In this document: positions 25,011 to 38,210 of the stretch, one piece after another | Numbering within the stretch: the stretch's first letter is position 1 | Layout: each line of letters opens with the position of its first letter | Origin: Chiloscyllium plagiosum | Taxonomy: Eukaryota | Assembly: GCF_004010195.1 (NCBI RefSeq) | Contig: NC_057720.1 | Location: 24,472,414 to 24,536,413, forward strand | Reading direction: 5' to 3' | Length of the DNA: 64,000 bases | The notes under the pieces: model-generated | Told to the model about the DNA's origin: nothing | Seen by the model: the letters and a program-made list of their open reading frames with translations, nothing else | Database searches by the model: none | Position numbers and translations under genes: made by a program

Positions 25011-25873
25011 TGTAGGTTGGATAATCTGGATGTGTACGTCACTGCTGATTTTCACAATGCTATTCTGTCTGAGTTTGCTTTGAATAAATAAGCCACCATT
25101 TTTTCCAGATTACAACACTGAGTGCACTATTTCTCTGCTGAGAAGTGTTTGGGCATGTGGAAGGTGCTATTTAAATCAAAGTTCTTTCTGTTTAGCTGGT
25201 AACTTCCAACCACAAGATTACAAATTATGGCAATCTGAATCTTAAACACTTAAGCTAATCAACTAAATTAAGGTTGCTGTGCCATCTGTAAGTAGGCGCT
25301 GAAATCTTTCTCTGATGTATCTGTGGCATATTTAACTGATTAAATAGGATGGAGAATCTATCGTCATGCTGCCTGAAAGATCTCAGTGCCATTTGATTAA
25401 TAACATGTGAGATATAATGATTTATATAATCTCCGAGAAACCTCTCAAAGTATTTTTCATGATTTTCATTGAAGGGCAGTGACTATTTCAGTGAAGGTAA
25501 ACATGACAGCCAATTAATACACAGCAAGATCCCAAGTTTTGCAGTGTCCCCGGAAGAATTTAATAGTGTTCCATTGCCCCTAGTTCCTGCTGGTTAAAAT
25601 TCTCTCATTGCTAGATGTCCTGTACCTTTACCAAGTGGCTTTTGTTCATGTGTGAGCTTCAATGGGGAGCAGGCTTATCACTACGGCAACGTCACAGCTC
25701 TGTTCAATCCAGCCCCTAGCCAAAGTTCACACAAAGGCACTTTCAGTAGTAATCACTAATTGCAGTATGAATCATAGACTCTGGTTTGCTTTCCCTAGAC
25801 TGCAAACATTGTAGTTCATCTATGTTCTCAACTGTTTTAGGCCAACTAGGATTAAACTAGCATCAAAACTGAG

Positions 25874-26005
25874 AAAACTGAAATACGTGTGGTTGCTGTA
25901 AATTAGAAACAGAAACAGAAATTACTGGAAAAGTTCAGCAGGTCTGGCAGCATCTGAGGACAGAAATCAAAGTTAATTTCGGGTCAACTGACCCTTCCTC
26001 AAAGC
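25874..26005 (-). mobile_element. Penelope pLTR-derived short element (second subfamily)
   Basis: ctggaaaagttcagcaggtctggcagcatc core; minus-strand TGAGGA-AGGGTCA-GT-TGACCC-GAAA hammerhead-like hairpin. Confidence 0.65.
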
Positions 26006-26221
26006 TGAGATCTTTCTGGTCGGTAGGACTGAGAGTGAAACTTGTTATCTATTGCAACAGAATTCTGGTGTGTTTTGTTGAGATAGGTTACCAGTAATCT
26101 TTCCTCCCATTTCAATACCTGAGAAACATGGCCATGTAAGTAGATAGGATGGTGAAGAAGGACTATGGCATGCTTGCCTTTATTGGTCAAGGAATTGAGT
26201 ACAAGAGTCAGGGTGTCATGT

Positions 26222-26419
26222 AGGAGAAAGTGAGGACTGCAGATGCTGGAGATCAGAGCCGAAAAATGTGTTGCTGGAAAAGCGCAGCAGGTCAAGCAGC
26301 ATTAAAGAAGCAGGAGAAGAAGGGCTTCCTGAAGAAGGGCTTATGCCCGAAACGTCAATTCTCCTGCTCCTTTGATGCTGCCTGACCTGCTGCGCTTTTC
26401 CAGCAACACATTTTTCAGC
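26222..26419. mobile_element. Short Penelope-derived palindromic element with 14-bp TSD
   Basis: tcagggtgtcatgt at 26208-26221 and 26420-26433; inverted arms enclose a hammerhead-like core. Confidence 0.85.
26325..26360 (+). ncRNA. Minimal type I hammerhead ribozyme-like motif
   Basis: CUGAAGA (26329-26335), extra A, stem II GGGC-UUAU-GCCC, GAAA, palindromic ACGU, GUC cleavage triplet ending at 26356; stem I weak. Confidence 0.6.
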
Positions 26420-26876
26420 TCAGGGTGTCATGTTGCAGCTTTATAAGATTTTAGTTAGGCCACACTTAGAGTACTGCATTCAATTCTGGTCACCATATTT
26501 CAGGAAGGATGTGGAGGCTTTGGAGAGGGTGCAGAAGAGGTTTACCAGGATGTTGCTGGAATTAAAAGTTATGAGCTATAAGGAGAGTTTGGAAAAACTT
26601 GGGTTGTTTTCTCTGGAGCGGTGGAGGTGAGGGGAGACTTGATAGAAGTCTATAAAATTATGAGATGCATAGATAGGGTTGATGGTCAGAATCTTTTTCC
26701 CAGAGCTGAAATGTCTAAAACTAGGGGACATGCAGTTAAGGTGAGAGTTCAAAGGAGATGTGAGGGGCAAATGTTTTACACAGGGAGTGGTAGGAGTCTG
26801 GAACACAGTGCTAGGGGTAGTGGTGGAGGCAGATACGATAGGGACATTCACTGGATTTTGAGATAAGCACATGAAT

Positions 26877-27180
26877 ACAGTGGCTCAGTGGTTAGCACTG
26901 CTGCCTCACAGTGCCAGGGACCCTGGTTCAATTCCCACCTTGGGCGACTGTATGGAGTTTGCACATTCTCCCCATGTCTGTGTGGGTTTCCTCTGGGCGC
27001 TCTGGTTTCCGCCCACAATCCAAAAGATGTGTCTGTCAGGTGAATTGGCCATGCTAAATTGCCACGTCAGGGGTAAATATTGGGTAGGGGAATGGGTCTG
27101 GGTGGGTTACTCTTCAGAGGGTTCGTGTGGACTTGTTGGGCTGAAGAGCCTGTTTCCATACTGTAGAGAATCTAATCTAA
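26877..27180 (+). mobile_element. HE1-type SINE
   Basis: Head, core and (tctaa)n tail. Confidence 0.88.
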
Positions 27181-28868
27181 TATGGACTGAGAGCATCATG
27201 AAGAGCCCATTTCTGTGTTATACAGTTCTATGTTCTAAATACTGGAAGTATTTATTTGAATGTGCATACTTTATTTGATCTTTACCAATGGATTTTACTG
27301 TCTTTAAGCAGTAGTAAATCAACTACCTATTCCAGTGATAACTTGAATTAACCTAAACCTACATAAAAGACGATCAGACAAGCAATGGAAATGTACATGC
27401 AGCAAATAATATTTAGTCCTATTATAATCTTAATATAAAAGTATACAACAGAAATGAGATTCAGATCAGCAGTGCAAGTAGCCCTTCCCTTTTAAATACC
27501 TATGCGGACAAACCCATAAGCCTACATAAGAGCAGTAGAAGGTGGAGTCAAAATATATTCACAAGAGATTTACCAGAAGCAAAACCCTGGAACAAGGAGA
27601 CTAAAGTGAACTGGAAAAATCCCAAAACACAGGCTGAGAATCAAGATCCTATACATCTTGGTGTTGAGATTGAGACTCAAGTGACTCCTGCTTCAATACA
27701 TTTGAGCCACTTGAATAAGTTCTTAAAGAAATTGAAAGAATTCACCTGCATGGGACCAGGAAATGAAAACTCCACTTGCAGAGGCTGGAACAGATGATCT
27801 AAACAGAAAAGAGACTCATTGGTGAGAAGACTGTAACAGAGTGGCTTAAACGAGAAGAAGAAAGTTTGAAGATTGTGCATTTTATATTAATTTCAGAGGA
27901 GAAGGTCACCAGCATTTGGAATACATGCATCAAACTCTGAGCGAGAAAAATCTCTCACTTGTATAACAGGTTATACCTGTTGGAAATGAAACTGAGCTGG
28001 GGAGCTGCAACTCTTTTCTACAGTAAATATGTACATAACAGGGAACTAGAAATTCATCTGAAGATGTCCAAAATTACACAAGACCTCAAGGAATGAGTAA
28101 GTAATTTAATATTGTATGAATGAGAGATATGTAATCCCTGAGGGAACAGCCACTACAGCAAGTCAAAACACAATGGAATACAGCTTCAATGGTTTTTGAT
28201 TCTACAACTGTGTTGATTTTCTCTGGATAACTTTAGGGTCACAGCCTTCGGTTCCTAGTCTTTACCTGAAAAAAATCAAGCTGAAGATTTGGACCTTTCC
28301 TAAACCATAGATTGAAACATATAAACCTCATTTTTGACAGAAGCATGACGGAGATCGAGAAGTAAGGAAGTGTTCCCCTAAGTAAACACAGCATAGTTTC
28401 TGACTTGTGAAACTTTGGAATTATTCATGTGACTCTAGAGTGAAGGAACATCCTCAAATTTCAGCTGAAATTTATTGGTTTGCGTTGAACTGTGATTCTG
28501 TGATATGAAGAAAATCCTGGTTATGCTGAGTTAAAAATTATATACAGCACAAAATGTGTCAAACTTGTGATTTCAAATGTCTACAACATCCTGAATTGAA
28601 GCACTTGCTTTATTGTGGAATGATCTTTCTATGTAATTCCTGAAAACTCTGCCGTGAGATCCCAAAAGACATAAGAACAGTTCGATCAGACTCCTGATTG
28701 CTTATTCAACGTCTTAACTGAGAATCTGGACTGAATTGAAGATTTGAATTTAGAATATTATTTTCCTGGGCTTTTGAGATTTACTGTTTGCTAATTTAAA
28801 ACCTTAAATTTTGGAGGCTTGGTCTCAATATTTTTTGCATTTTGATTATTTGTGAACAGCTTTTCCAA

Positions 28869-29531
28869 ATGTCTGAACTTTCTGAGATCAGGTCTGGCCG
28901 TTTTCCAGCAAATCGTTCCCAGATTCAACAAAGTATTTTGGATGATCAGATCGAATTGTGGTGGTTCCAAGATGCTAAAAGATCCATCTTATGTTATTCT
29001 GTGGCATTAGTCTTGATCCTAGCAACTGGAGTGGGGGGAATTGTCTTAATCTCAACAGTTACTAGTAAATCTGGAGAATGGAGATTGGGAGTAGGCATTT
29101 TCCTGTGTTTATTAACTTTACTTATCCTTTTTAAACATCTGCTGACCTCTGCTGTACAGGATATGAACTGTGTAAGGAGTCGAGCTCAGATTGATAGGTT
29201 AAGGATTGGAGGGTTAATTGATTATTTGGTTATTTTAGTCACTGGATTCACGACATTAACCAGTGGTTATGTACTAATAATCGTAGCAAATGCTGATCCC
29301 TATCCTTCAGGTCAAATCTGGAATGATATGTTAATTGCTGGAGTGATTCTCACTGTGGCTGGGTCCATTATTCTCCTTTCACTCTTTCTCTATGTTATAA
29401 TATTCAAGCTTTGTCCCCACTTAGCATCTAGGTCCACAAACAGAAGGGCCCCAAGTATTTATATCATATCTGGAGGTAACTCAGAGGGGAGGCAAGGGGG
29501 TTTCTCCTCTAGTACTGCCAATCTGATATAA
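28869..29531 (+). CDS. TMEM125: Transmembrane protein 125, paralog A (220 aa, single coding exon)
   Basis: ATG at 28869 to TAA; four hydrophobic segments; motifs QIELWW, EWRLG, SAVQDMNC and terminal STANLI match TMEM125; lies directly after CFAP57 as in human. Confidence 0.93.
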   Translation: MSELSEIRSGRFPANRSQIQQSILDDQIELWWFQDAKRSILCYSVALVLILATGVGGIVLISTVTSKSGEWRLGVGIFLCLLTLLILFKHLLTSAVQDMNCVRSRAQIDRLRIGGLIDYLVILVTGFTTLTSGYVLIIVANADPYPSGQIWNDMLIAGVILTVAGSIILLSLFLYVIIFKLCPHLASRSTNRRAPSIYIISGGNSEGRQGGFSSSTANLI

Positions 29532-29812
29532 CTAACTGACTCCATCAGGAGGTTGAGATTAGTGCACAAAGTGAATTTATTTGACTGATTTTTGACATTC
29601 TAATCATGGAATAACTGCAAAGAATGATCTGATTAAATATGTGAAAATAATTTAAAGCTATAATATATACCTTTTTTTATCAATTGTAATAACTAGAACT
29701 GAGTTGATAATGATAAGCTGTAACACTTATTGTCTGTCTGCTGAATACACAGACATTAGTGACTCAAATGTGAATGAGATAAAAGTTATAAGGGTTTTTT
29801 TCTGTAATTCAT

Positions 29813-29818
29813 AATAAA
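29813..29818 (+). terminator. Candidate poly(A) signal of TMEM125 paralog A
   Basis: AATAAA about 280 nt after the stop in an AT-rich 3' region. Confidence 0.35.
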
Positions 29819-31071
29819 TCAACTTCATGGAAGCATAAGCAGGTATTTGTAGATTCTTATGAAAGCATTACTGTAGCTTTCATTTGTGTGAATGCACAAA
29901 TTAAAAATGAATGTACACAGAAAGTAAAATTGTTATTTAAGTATGAGCTTTATTTGGTTTGTATAAAAGCAAGTTAATTTTCTGGACTTCAGTTTTAAAT
30001 CCCTTCAACTAACTACAGAATGGGGAAAGTTAAGCTAGTGCTGCCTACATCTAGATTGGTCTATCAGTTTGATCCTATAAAACAAAGAACAGTATTTTTT
30101 ACTTAGCCAAGTATTTTACTTTGCATATTTGAATACCTAAAAAAAAGTTGTATGTGCATGCACAAAGTATGTAAGCAGATCATTTGCAAATGGATAAATG
30201 CAGGCTAAGGTTCTTCACATGGATGGACAGAGCCACACAAAGAAGTGTATAGAGTGAGCTAATTCTTGTATTTACAGTAATCCAAACTAAGCATAGATTG
30301 ACCTCCAACACTTGGTCACAGAAGTCTGTTGACACTAATACATGGTTTCTGAACTTACTATGGAATATTTAGAGATCCTTGGGGTGAAGCTAAATCAAAG
30401 TGCTCCAATAGGTCATTTATTTTTGGGCCTAGAAACAGTTATTTCAATAATTATTGATATACCAGTGTTTTGAATAGGTTTCATGTTTCATTTGAGAATA
30501 TATTCCTTCAATCAAACTTTGGACATTGAATGATTCAGTAAACTTCCCTCATTGGTATGAGTACGATTTATTTTCCTGATCTTTTGACATGTTGAAATTT
30601 TAATGCAGAACAGTTTTAGACCTCAGCCTAAATTGTATACAATATATTTTAAACTTGTGATCCCAACAGAATGTAAATATAATCACAAAGACATTATATG
30701 TTTATTCTTTATAATGGATACTGATGTATGTTACCTATCTTGTGTTATTGGTGGCTTTTGGGAATTTTTATTATGTATTTTAATGAGCCTTTAATACAGT
30801 ATAAGTAATGTATGAATTAATGGGCAATCTTTATAAAGTTTATACTTCTGTGGAAGCTTTGTACAACTCAACCAATCTATGATTTATTTTAATCTTTTAC
30901 AACAATTTGTCTTCCACTAGTTGCAGTATTGCAGGAGATTTAAACAAAACTCATGCTTGTCATGTTTTCATGTTTAACATTACCACACTGACTGCTGTAA
31001 AAGCTGCTTGACAGCATAAAGACAGTGGAAAGAATAGAAGAGATAGGGCTGGGCTGCAGATACATTGAGTG

Positions 31072-31906
31072 ATAAAATCACAGAGTGGTACAACACGGAA
31101 ACAAGATATCCTAAATTAATCTAGTCCCATTTCCCAGTATTTGGCCCATAACCCTCTAAACCCTTCCCATTCATGTACCCATCCGGATGCCTTTTAAATG
31201 TTGTAATTGTACCAGCCCCCACCACTTCCTCTGGTAGCTCATTCCATACACACACCACTCTCTGCATCAAACATTTGCTCCATAGGCCCCTTTTAAAATC
31301 TTCCCTTCTCACCTTAAATTTATGCCTTCTAGTTTCGGACTCCCCTAATCTGGGAAAATAAAGTAACCTTGGCTATTCACCTCATTCACACCCCTCATGA
31401 TTTTATAAACTTCTATAAGGTCACCCATTCTATAACGCCTCTGGTGTTCCAGGAGAAATAGCCCCAGCCTATTCAGCCTCTCCCTATAGCTCAAACCTTC
31501 CAGCCCTGGCAACATCCTTGTAAATCTTTTCTGCACCCCTTCAAGTTTAACAATATCTTTCCTATAGCAGGGAGACCAGAACTGAATGCAGGGTTCAAAA
31601 AGTGGCCTAACCAATGTCCTGTACAACTGCAACATGATATCCCAACTCCTATAATCAATACAATAACCAATAAAGGCATGCGTACAAAACACTTTCTTTA
31701 CTATCTGTCTACCTGTGACTCCACCTTCAACAACACCCATCCCAATGTCTCTTTGTTTGGCAACACTCCCCAGGACTCTACCATTAACTGCATAAATCAT
31801 GCCCTGATTTGCCTTACCAAAATGAAATATCTCAATTTATCTAAATTAACTCAGTCTGCCATTCCTCAGCCCACCGGTACATCTGATCAAGATCCTGTTG
31901 TATTCT
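31072..31906 (-). mobile_element. CR1/HER1 LINE 3' fragment
   Basis: [36 protein letters not shown]. Confidence 0.9.
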
Positions 31907-32784
31907 GAAATACACGCATACACAGGTACCGTGCCATTTCTCAAATACAAATTCATTGCAGTAGATTAATCAACTTGAGGTTATGGCTGCAATGATAAAT
32001 TAAAATAATGAAAATGAACATCATACAATAATTGTTGTTAAATGATTAGGATAATTTAGTAATTTACATTAAGTACTGGGCGGTGATTTTGGTACTGATG
32101 ACTGAATAATGTTAATCACGTAGTCCCATCACCGAAAGGCTCAGATACACTTCTCTTTGTTGACTGTCATGATCACATGATTTTATTAGAACAGTCATTG
32201 TCTATTCTACAGCAATGGATGAGCTGAGATATTGGGCTTTAACAAATCTAACTGTTTCTTGAATCCTCATGGAGGATGCTCCTATGACATGAATCAAGGA
32301 TTGTTGATCAGAAATCTAATATCATTGTAGACCAATTACCAGTGAGTTATTGTATTAGATGTACTCTGTATGTGTGATTTATACATTAGAATATTTACAG
32401 TCAGAGCTGAACTCTGATCTTTTTAATCAGAACTACATCTTTAGGAGAGGAATTAATAATTTTAAAATAACCACAGCAACATGCATAATTATGAGGGTTA
32501 CCTGTATGCACAAGTGAACTGGAATTTAACAACAAATTTACCTGTTTCCTAAGCTGAATTTAGCATTGTGCATCAACAAAAGCATAATCGTTTGGGCTGT
32601 TAATTAGTAAACTAAAAGGAAAAATGTTTATTTTACACTTGATGAAATGGTTCAATTGCAATTCTTAAGTGCTAGGTATAGTCATTTTCTAACCACCCAG
32701 TGGGTATGACAGACATTTAGGTGCCCATCTCTGTGGCCCACTTTAGTCATTGAGCCATTATCAGATGCCTGATAGCTGTTTTCT

Positions 32785-32945
32785 ATCCACCGTGTCCATG
32801 TACCTCTTAATCTTATGATCTCAGTCAGGTTCCCTCTCAGCCTTCTCTGCTCTAAAGAAAATGACACAAGTTTATCTAACCTCTCTTCATCTCTAACCTG
32901 CTCCATCCCAGGCAAGGTCCTAGTGAATCTCCTCTGCATGCTCCC
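32785..32945 (-). mobile_element. CR1 fragment
   Basis: QRRFTRTLPGM..FSLEQRRLRGNL. Confidence 0.75.
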
Positions 32946-33749
32946 TCGTGTGTAAAACATACACACAAATTAAAAATAAGAAGTGAGCCAATAAAAAGGA
33001 AAGAAGTTAAGAAAGATGTATGGATCAGTGTCTGTGTTCCATGCAGAGTAGATGATGGGGCATTGCGACCATTGTGTTGGTTGGTACTAGTTGCATATAC
33101 ATTGATAGGCAAAAGGTCAATTGGCACAAAGTTGACTTCAAGGAGGTTGGTTTTGCAGAATAGACTTTGACCTTTTTCACTTTGACTGCAGTCACACTGG
33201 CATCAGTGAGTTAAGTTAGTTTTGTTTTTACTTGTAACAAGGATGTTTAAAGGCTGCCCCCTATGCTGTTACATTCAAGCATACAAGCCCACTAACACAG
33301 AGAGGGCCTTTCATCTCTGTTCTTGTGTTTCCTGGAAAGGGGAAGACACAAACGTGTCTGAAGTTTGGCATAGATTCAGCAGAAGACAGTTTTCACTTGA
33401 GAGGTGGTAGTCAGCCCTCATTATCTTTGCACCACAGAATGTTACAATCCAGTTTGTTTTGATTTGCCTCTCTCCTATTGAAGGATTACAATTTTAAGGT
33501 CTCTTGGCACCTCCAGGGTCCTCTCCAGACAGCCACTGAATTTACATCTGCAGTCATCTTTTAGTTGTATGTCCTCTTTTTTAAAAATGCATTGCAATTA
33601 ACAGTTCAATATCTCTAAGCATTTTGGGGTTCTGATCTGTCATCATGACAATTTTCATAAATTGCCAAAGTATTATGGATACACTCAGTTCATGTCCTTT
33701 GTTCATACAGACACCATTCCCTGCCTCACCTTCATATTGCTACTCTTCA

Positions 33750-34290
33750 ACAACAACAGTATTTTATATTTAAACAGCCTATTTTCATCTCTAAACTGCT
33801 CCATCCCAGGAAATATCATGACCTATGTTGTTTTATAACTACATTATAAACCAAAATTGACATTAGGTCACATGACGGGATGTTAGGTTAGAAAACCAAA
33901 ACCTTTGTCAAAGGAAAATAAGATGGAGAAGTGGAGAGACTCCAGAGTTTGCAGCAACAGAAACCATGGCCAACAATGATGGAGCGATTAAAATTGGAGA
34001 TAACTTAACTTGCCAGTACTAAATAAGTGCAAACTTCTTAGAAAGTTGCAGCCGAGAAGAGATGACAGAGATAGAGAAGGCCAAGAATTTGAAAATAAGA
34101 AAATAGATTTTAAGATGGAAGTGTTGCTTGACTGGGTGCCAATGCAGGCTAATGAAGCTAGTGATAGGTGACTGGGACTTGGTGGGAGTTAAGACACAGC
34201 AGTAAAGTTGCACCTCAATTTTAGTGATGAAAGAACGTAGGAGATGGGTCAGGGGCTTTGTAACAGTCTAGTCAAGAGTGGACAAATATC
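33750..34290 (-). mobile_element. L2-like LINE 3' remnant
   Basis: (aac)n tail; minus-strand SPITSFISLHWHPVKQHFHLKI resembles the L2 ITP..LHWLP motif. Confidence 0.65.
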
Positions 34291-34822
34291 TTAAGGGTTT
34301 TAGTTCTTCAAACTTCTGAAAAGTGGAACTGATTAAACTTTTGGTGACAGGAAACAAAAGAAAAATAATTGATAAATGTATAATGTTTCATGTTCCTTGA
34401 GGATAATAAATCTTGAATTTTAACATTCCATAACAATCATTTATTGGTTCATTTTTTTTCACTGAATCCAACTTGTTGAATATGAACCTCAGAAAATCTA
34501 TTGCTTCAACTAACCAACTTTTCACAATGTACCCCACATCTTGTGTTTCTTCATTATCTGGCCAGTAATTGGGCATTTTGACCTCTGATCTTCTCAGGGT
34601 TGTTCATTGGTGCTAATCAACCACCAGCTTCCCAGGAATAGATTTCTGAAAGATATAGAGTTACATGAAGATTGTTAGTTAGGAGCTCATGTATGGTATA
34701 AGCACACACACAAACCTGTTTCTGTACTGTATGGGCATTGGCAACTTCCATGTAATCTGATAAAACATCCTAAGGCACTTTTCATGAATGTTCTTGAAAC
34801 AAGATTTGACACTGTGCCACTT

Positions 34823-37055
34823 AACTTGTATAAAGACAGGTGACCAACAGCTTAGTTGAGCAGGTGTGTTTGATGGAGCATCTTACAGGAGGTGAGACAG
34901 GTGGAATGACAAAGAACTTTTAGTAGTTCATGACTTGCTGTACTCAGTCTAGAATTAAACAGGATTGAAACTCACCTTGTAAATTGTGGGGGTTGCCATG
35001 TGCCTAGGCAGTGAAATTTTTCCATTGTTGTAAAACAAAATAGCCATTTTTTATTACCTTCAACTTGGGCTAAAATTTAATTATCAAATTGACATGCTCT
35101 TGTTCAAGTACTTACCTGATTTGATTCTATTTAATTATTAATCTAACTTGGTATTGCTGTCAAACTGAGTATTGCTGTGAGGTTGCTATGTTACAAAGAC
35201 GAACAAATAAATGTTGTACACTGGCTTCAGCTGAAGTGTGTAATTTGAAAAAGATGTTAATGCATTTTATTGTTTCATTCTGCTTTCAGCACACATAGCC
35301 AAATTTACATTTAATGCAGATGAACAAAGTTTAAGTTGTCCACAATTTATAGTTTTGAGTAGATTTTAGTGTTTGTGACTGCAAATATTGAATTTTTGTT
35401 TGTGTGGTTTGCTTCTGTTGATGTGGTTGATTTCAGGAGATTCCATACTCACATTTTGAATTTCAATTCTAATACCTTTACAGATTCCAAGATGACTTTA
35501 GTTCTTGGTCATAGACAGCACAATCTCTTTTTGCAGCTGCTGCAGGATTCCCATTGTAAAAGGCTCACAATCAACCTCTCCCTCCACCTCCACTCTGGTA
35601 ATTCTAATCTGAGTATCTCTCTGGCTAATCAACAGGGCAATAAATTAGCTCTTCAGGGTTTTTGAAGTGCATCAAGCAGCTCATTTTTTGGAGCAATTCA
35701 AGTAAAAATAGCCTTTCATCTAAATGGGTAGTTATCTTTTATTGTTTTTAATATTGCCTGCACTAGCTAATTACACTTGTGTTCCTCTGATCTTTTGGAG
35801 CACAGAGATTTCAACCTAAATGTAACCAGATCATTAGCATGGTCCCCAAGGAACTAATGCCACATTTAGTCCCATGTTCAAAGAATTCTGGTGATACCAA
35901 AAGTCTTGGAATAAAGATGCATAAACTGAATTGGGAAAGCTGGTAGCCACATAGACCTTAGTCATTGCCTTACTCACAGCCTGAAACATAGCAGTCAGTG
36001 AGATCAAGTGTGTCTTCTAATTAAAGAATAATGACCTATGACCTGGTTTTGTTGTGTGTTCAGTCTACCATTAACATTCGAGAATGGAAACCTTGCTAAA
36101 ATAGCAATCTATGCATGTCTAATTTTTGTGATAGTTCTGATGCTTCTTTTCCATAATTTTATCCATCATATTCTCATTAAAGTTCAACTCCATGGGAATT
36201 GCAGTTTTCTAGAACTCCAGTCACTGGTTGCACAGGAATGAATTACAGCAATTACTTTTGGTCGGTCTGTAACATTCAATCTACAATGGAGATTCAGACT
36301 GTTAGCTATAATAAACAGATGTTTGTGAAAGTATTTCTGATTTGATTAAAATGCTTTGTTATTGGAAATCCATGACAGCTACATGATGTAGATTCCTCAG
36401 TTTATGTGTGTCTCAATAGTAGTATCCCCAATTTTTCTCCATATATTTCTTCCTCTTCTCAAAACTGTCCACCACACAACTATCACAAAACTTTCCACTT
36501 ACATATCTGAACTTACAAAAGTAGTAATTACATCAAGTGTCCTGGCAGTAGCTTTAGGTTTATTTCAAAATAAATAGGGGGCAGCATGGTGGCTCAGTGG
36601 TTAGCACTGCTGCCTCACAGTGCCAGGGCCCAGGTTTGATTCCAACCTCAGGTCACTGTCTACGTAGAGTTTGCACATTCTCCCTGTACCTGTGTGGGTT
36701 TTCTCTGGGTGCTCCGGTATCCTCCCAGAGTCCAAAGATGTGCAAGTTAGGTGAATCGGCCATGCTAAATTGCCTATACTGTTAGTGTATTAATCAGATG
36801 AAAATGGGTCTGGGTGGGTTACTCTATGGAGGTCGGTGTGAACTTGTTGTTCCAAAATGGCCTGTTTCCACACTGTAGGGAGTGTAATCTAAATATAAGT
36901 GGCATCTCTTTATGGCAATGTCTTTATGGACTGAGTACAGCAAGTCATGAACTACTAAAAATTCTTTGTCATTCCACCTGCCTCACCTCCTGTAAGATGC
37001 TCCATCAAACACACCCGCTCAACTCAACATTTGGTCACCTGTCTTTATACAAGTT
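34823..37055. repeat. 127-bp inverted repeat pair (34823-34949 / 36929-37055)
   Basis: 7 mismatches in 127 bp by hand alignment, no indels. Confidence 0.92.
36577..36891 (+). mobile_element. HE1-type SINE
   Basis: Head, core and tail. Confidence 0.88.
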
Positions 37056-37849
37056 CAATGTTGGAATCTCTGTGTCTCAAAAAATCAGAAACACACAGGT
37101 ATAATTTGCTAGTTAAGACAACATCAGTATGATGTATGAACTATTTTTCTTTAGTGTGGATTGCTTTGCAGTTGCCTATTCCTATGCATCTCAGAATAAC
37201 ACAAAAGCTTTATTGTGTACATCAATTGCATACAACATTACTTAGAACAATGCACCCATCGCTGTTTTAAGAAATCTTTTGGAAAGTATTCACAAAGAAT
37301 GCAGAATAACATAGCTACTGCGCACTTCAGGTCATCATCAGCAGTAATGTACAGCTATAATTCGTAAACATAATTATCCCACATTTCGGAGGGAAGTTGA
37401 GGTTGATCATGGTAGGGGATGCATTGGAAACAATTCAGCAAAGAGCATTGAAACTACAGCTAGCTCTTAAGTGAACATGAATTGTTAAGGCAGATAAATC
37501 TAAACTTTATTACAGAAAAGAGTTGATCATGTAACCAAGTTTTATTTTTGCAAATTGTGAAGATTATTATCAGAAATGCATTAAGGTAATTGAATATGGA
37601 AAAGAAAATCGCATGCGTATTCAGGATAAAACTGGAGGTTGTGATTATATTAGAAGGTTTGAAGGAAATTCCAACAAAGAAACAGTTCTTACTTTACAAC
37701 TATTGGTGGTCATCATTAAAATTCTGTTAAACTGTTCAAATTGTTTGAAATCATTTCTAGGTCTTGTATTACCATCTAAGTGCACAGTTTACTGCTGATG
37801 TTGATTGATAAACACATGATGACATCCTAGTCTGCTGGTCAGTGATCTT

Positions 37850-38210
37850 CAGGGTAGGCAATACGTTCTGAATGGCATAATTTTAAAGAGATACAGAACA
37901 GGCAAATCTAGGGGGTGGTTTTAAGATAACCTTGAAGTTGAGAAGGTTATTAAAAAATCATACAAGATTTTTGTCTTTGTGAACAGCCATAAAATACAGG
38001 AGCAAGAAATTTATGCTAAATCACTACAAATCACGAGCTGTGATCATCATTTCAGTATATTGCACCTGAGAGATGTCAGAGCATTAGAAAGGGTGCAGGG
38101 GAAGGTTTGTTAGAATTCCACAAGAGTTACAGGAGTTCCATTATGTGGAGGCAGTAGAGAAGCTATAACTGTCCTTCATAGAGCAGAGAAGGTTATGGCA
38201 ACCTTTAATC
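37850..38210 (+). mobile_element. Old CR1 fragment
   Basis: gcattagaaagggtgcag..agagcagagaagg pattern. Confidence 0.55.

Larger units (their letters stand above)
26120..27238 (+). mobile_element. CR1/HER1 LINE 3' fragment with nested Penelope-derived element and HE1 SINE
   Basis: [43 protein letters not shown]. Confidence 0.9.

Noticed and set aside
29514..29531. C-terminal TANLI as a class I PDZ-binding motif
   Set aside because: Position -2 is Asn, not Ser/Thr, in both paralogs.
34823..37055. Inverted arms as TIRs of a 2.2-kb DNA transposon
   Set aside because: No TSD, no transposase remnant inside, and arm 1 begins within an L2-like remnant.
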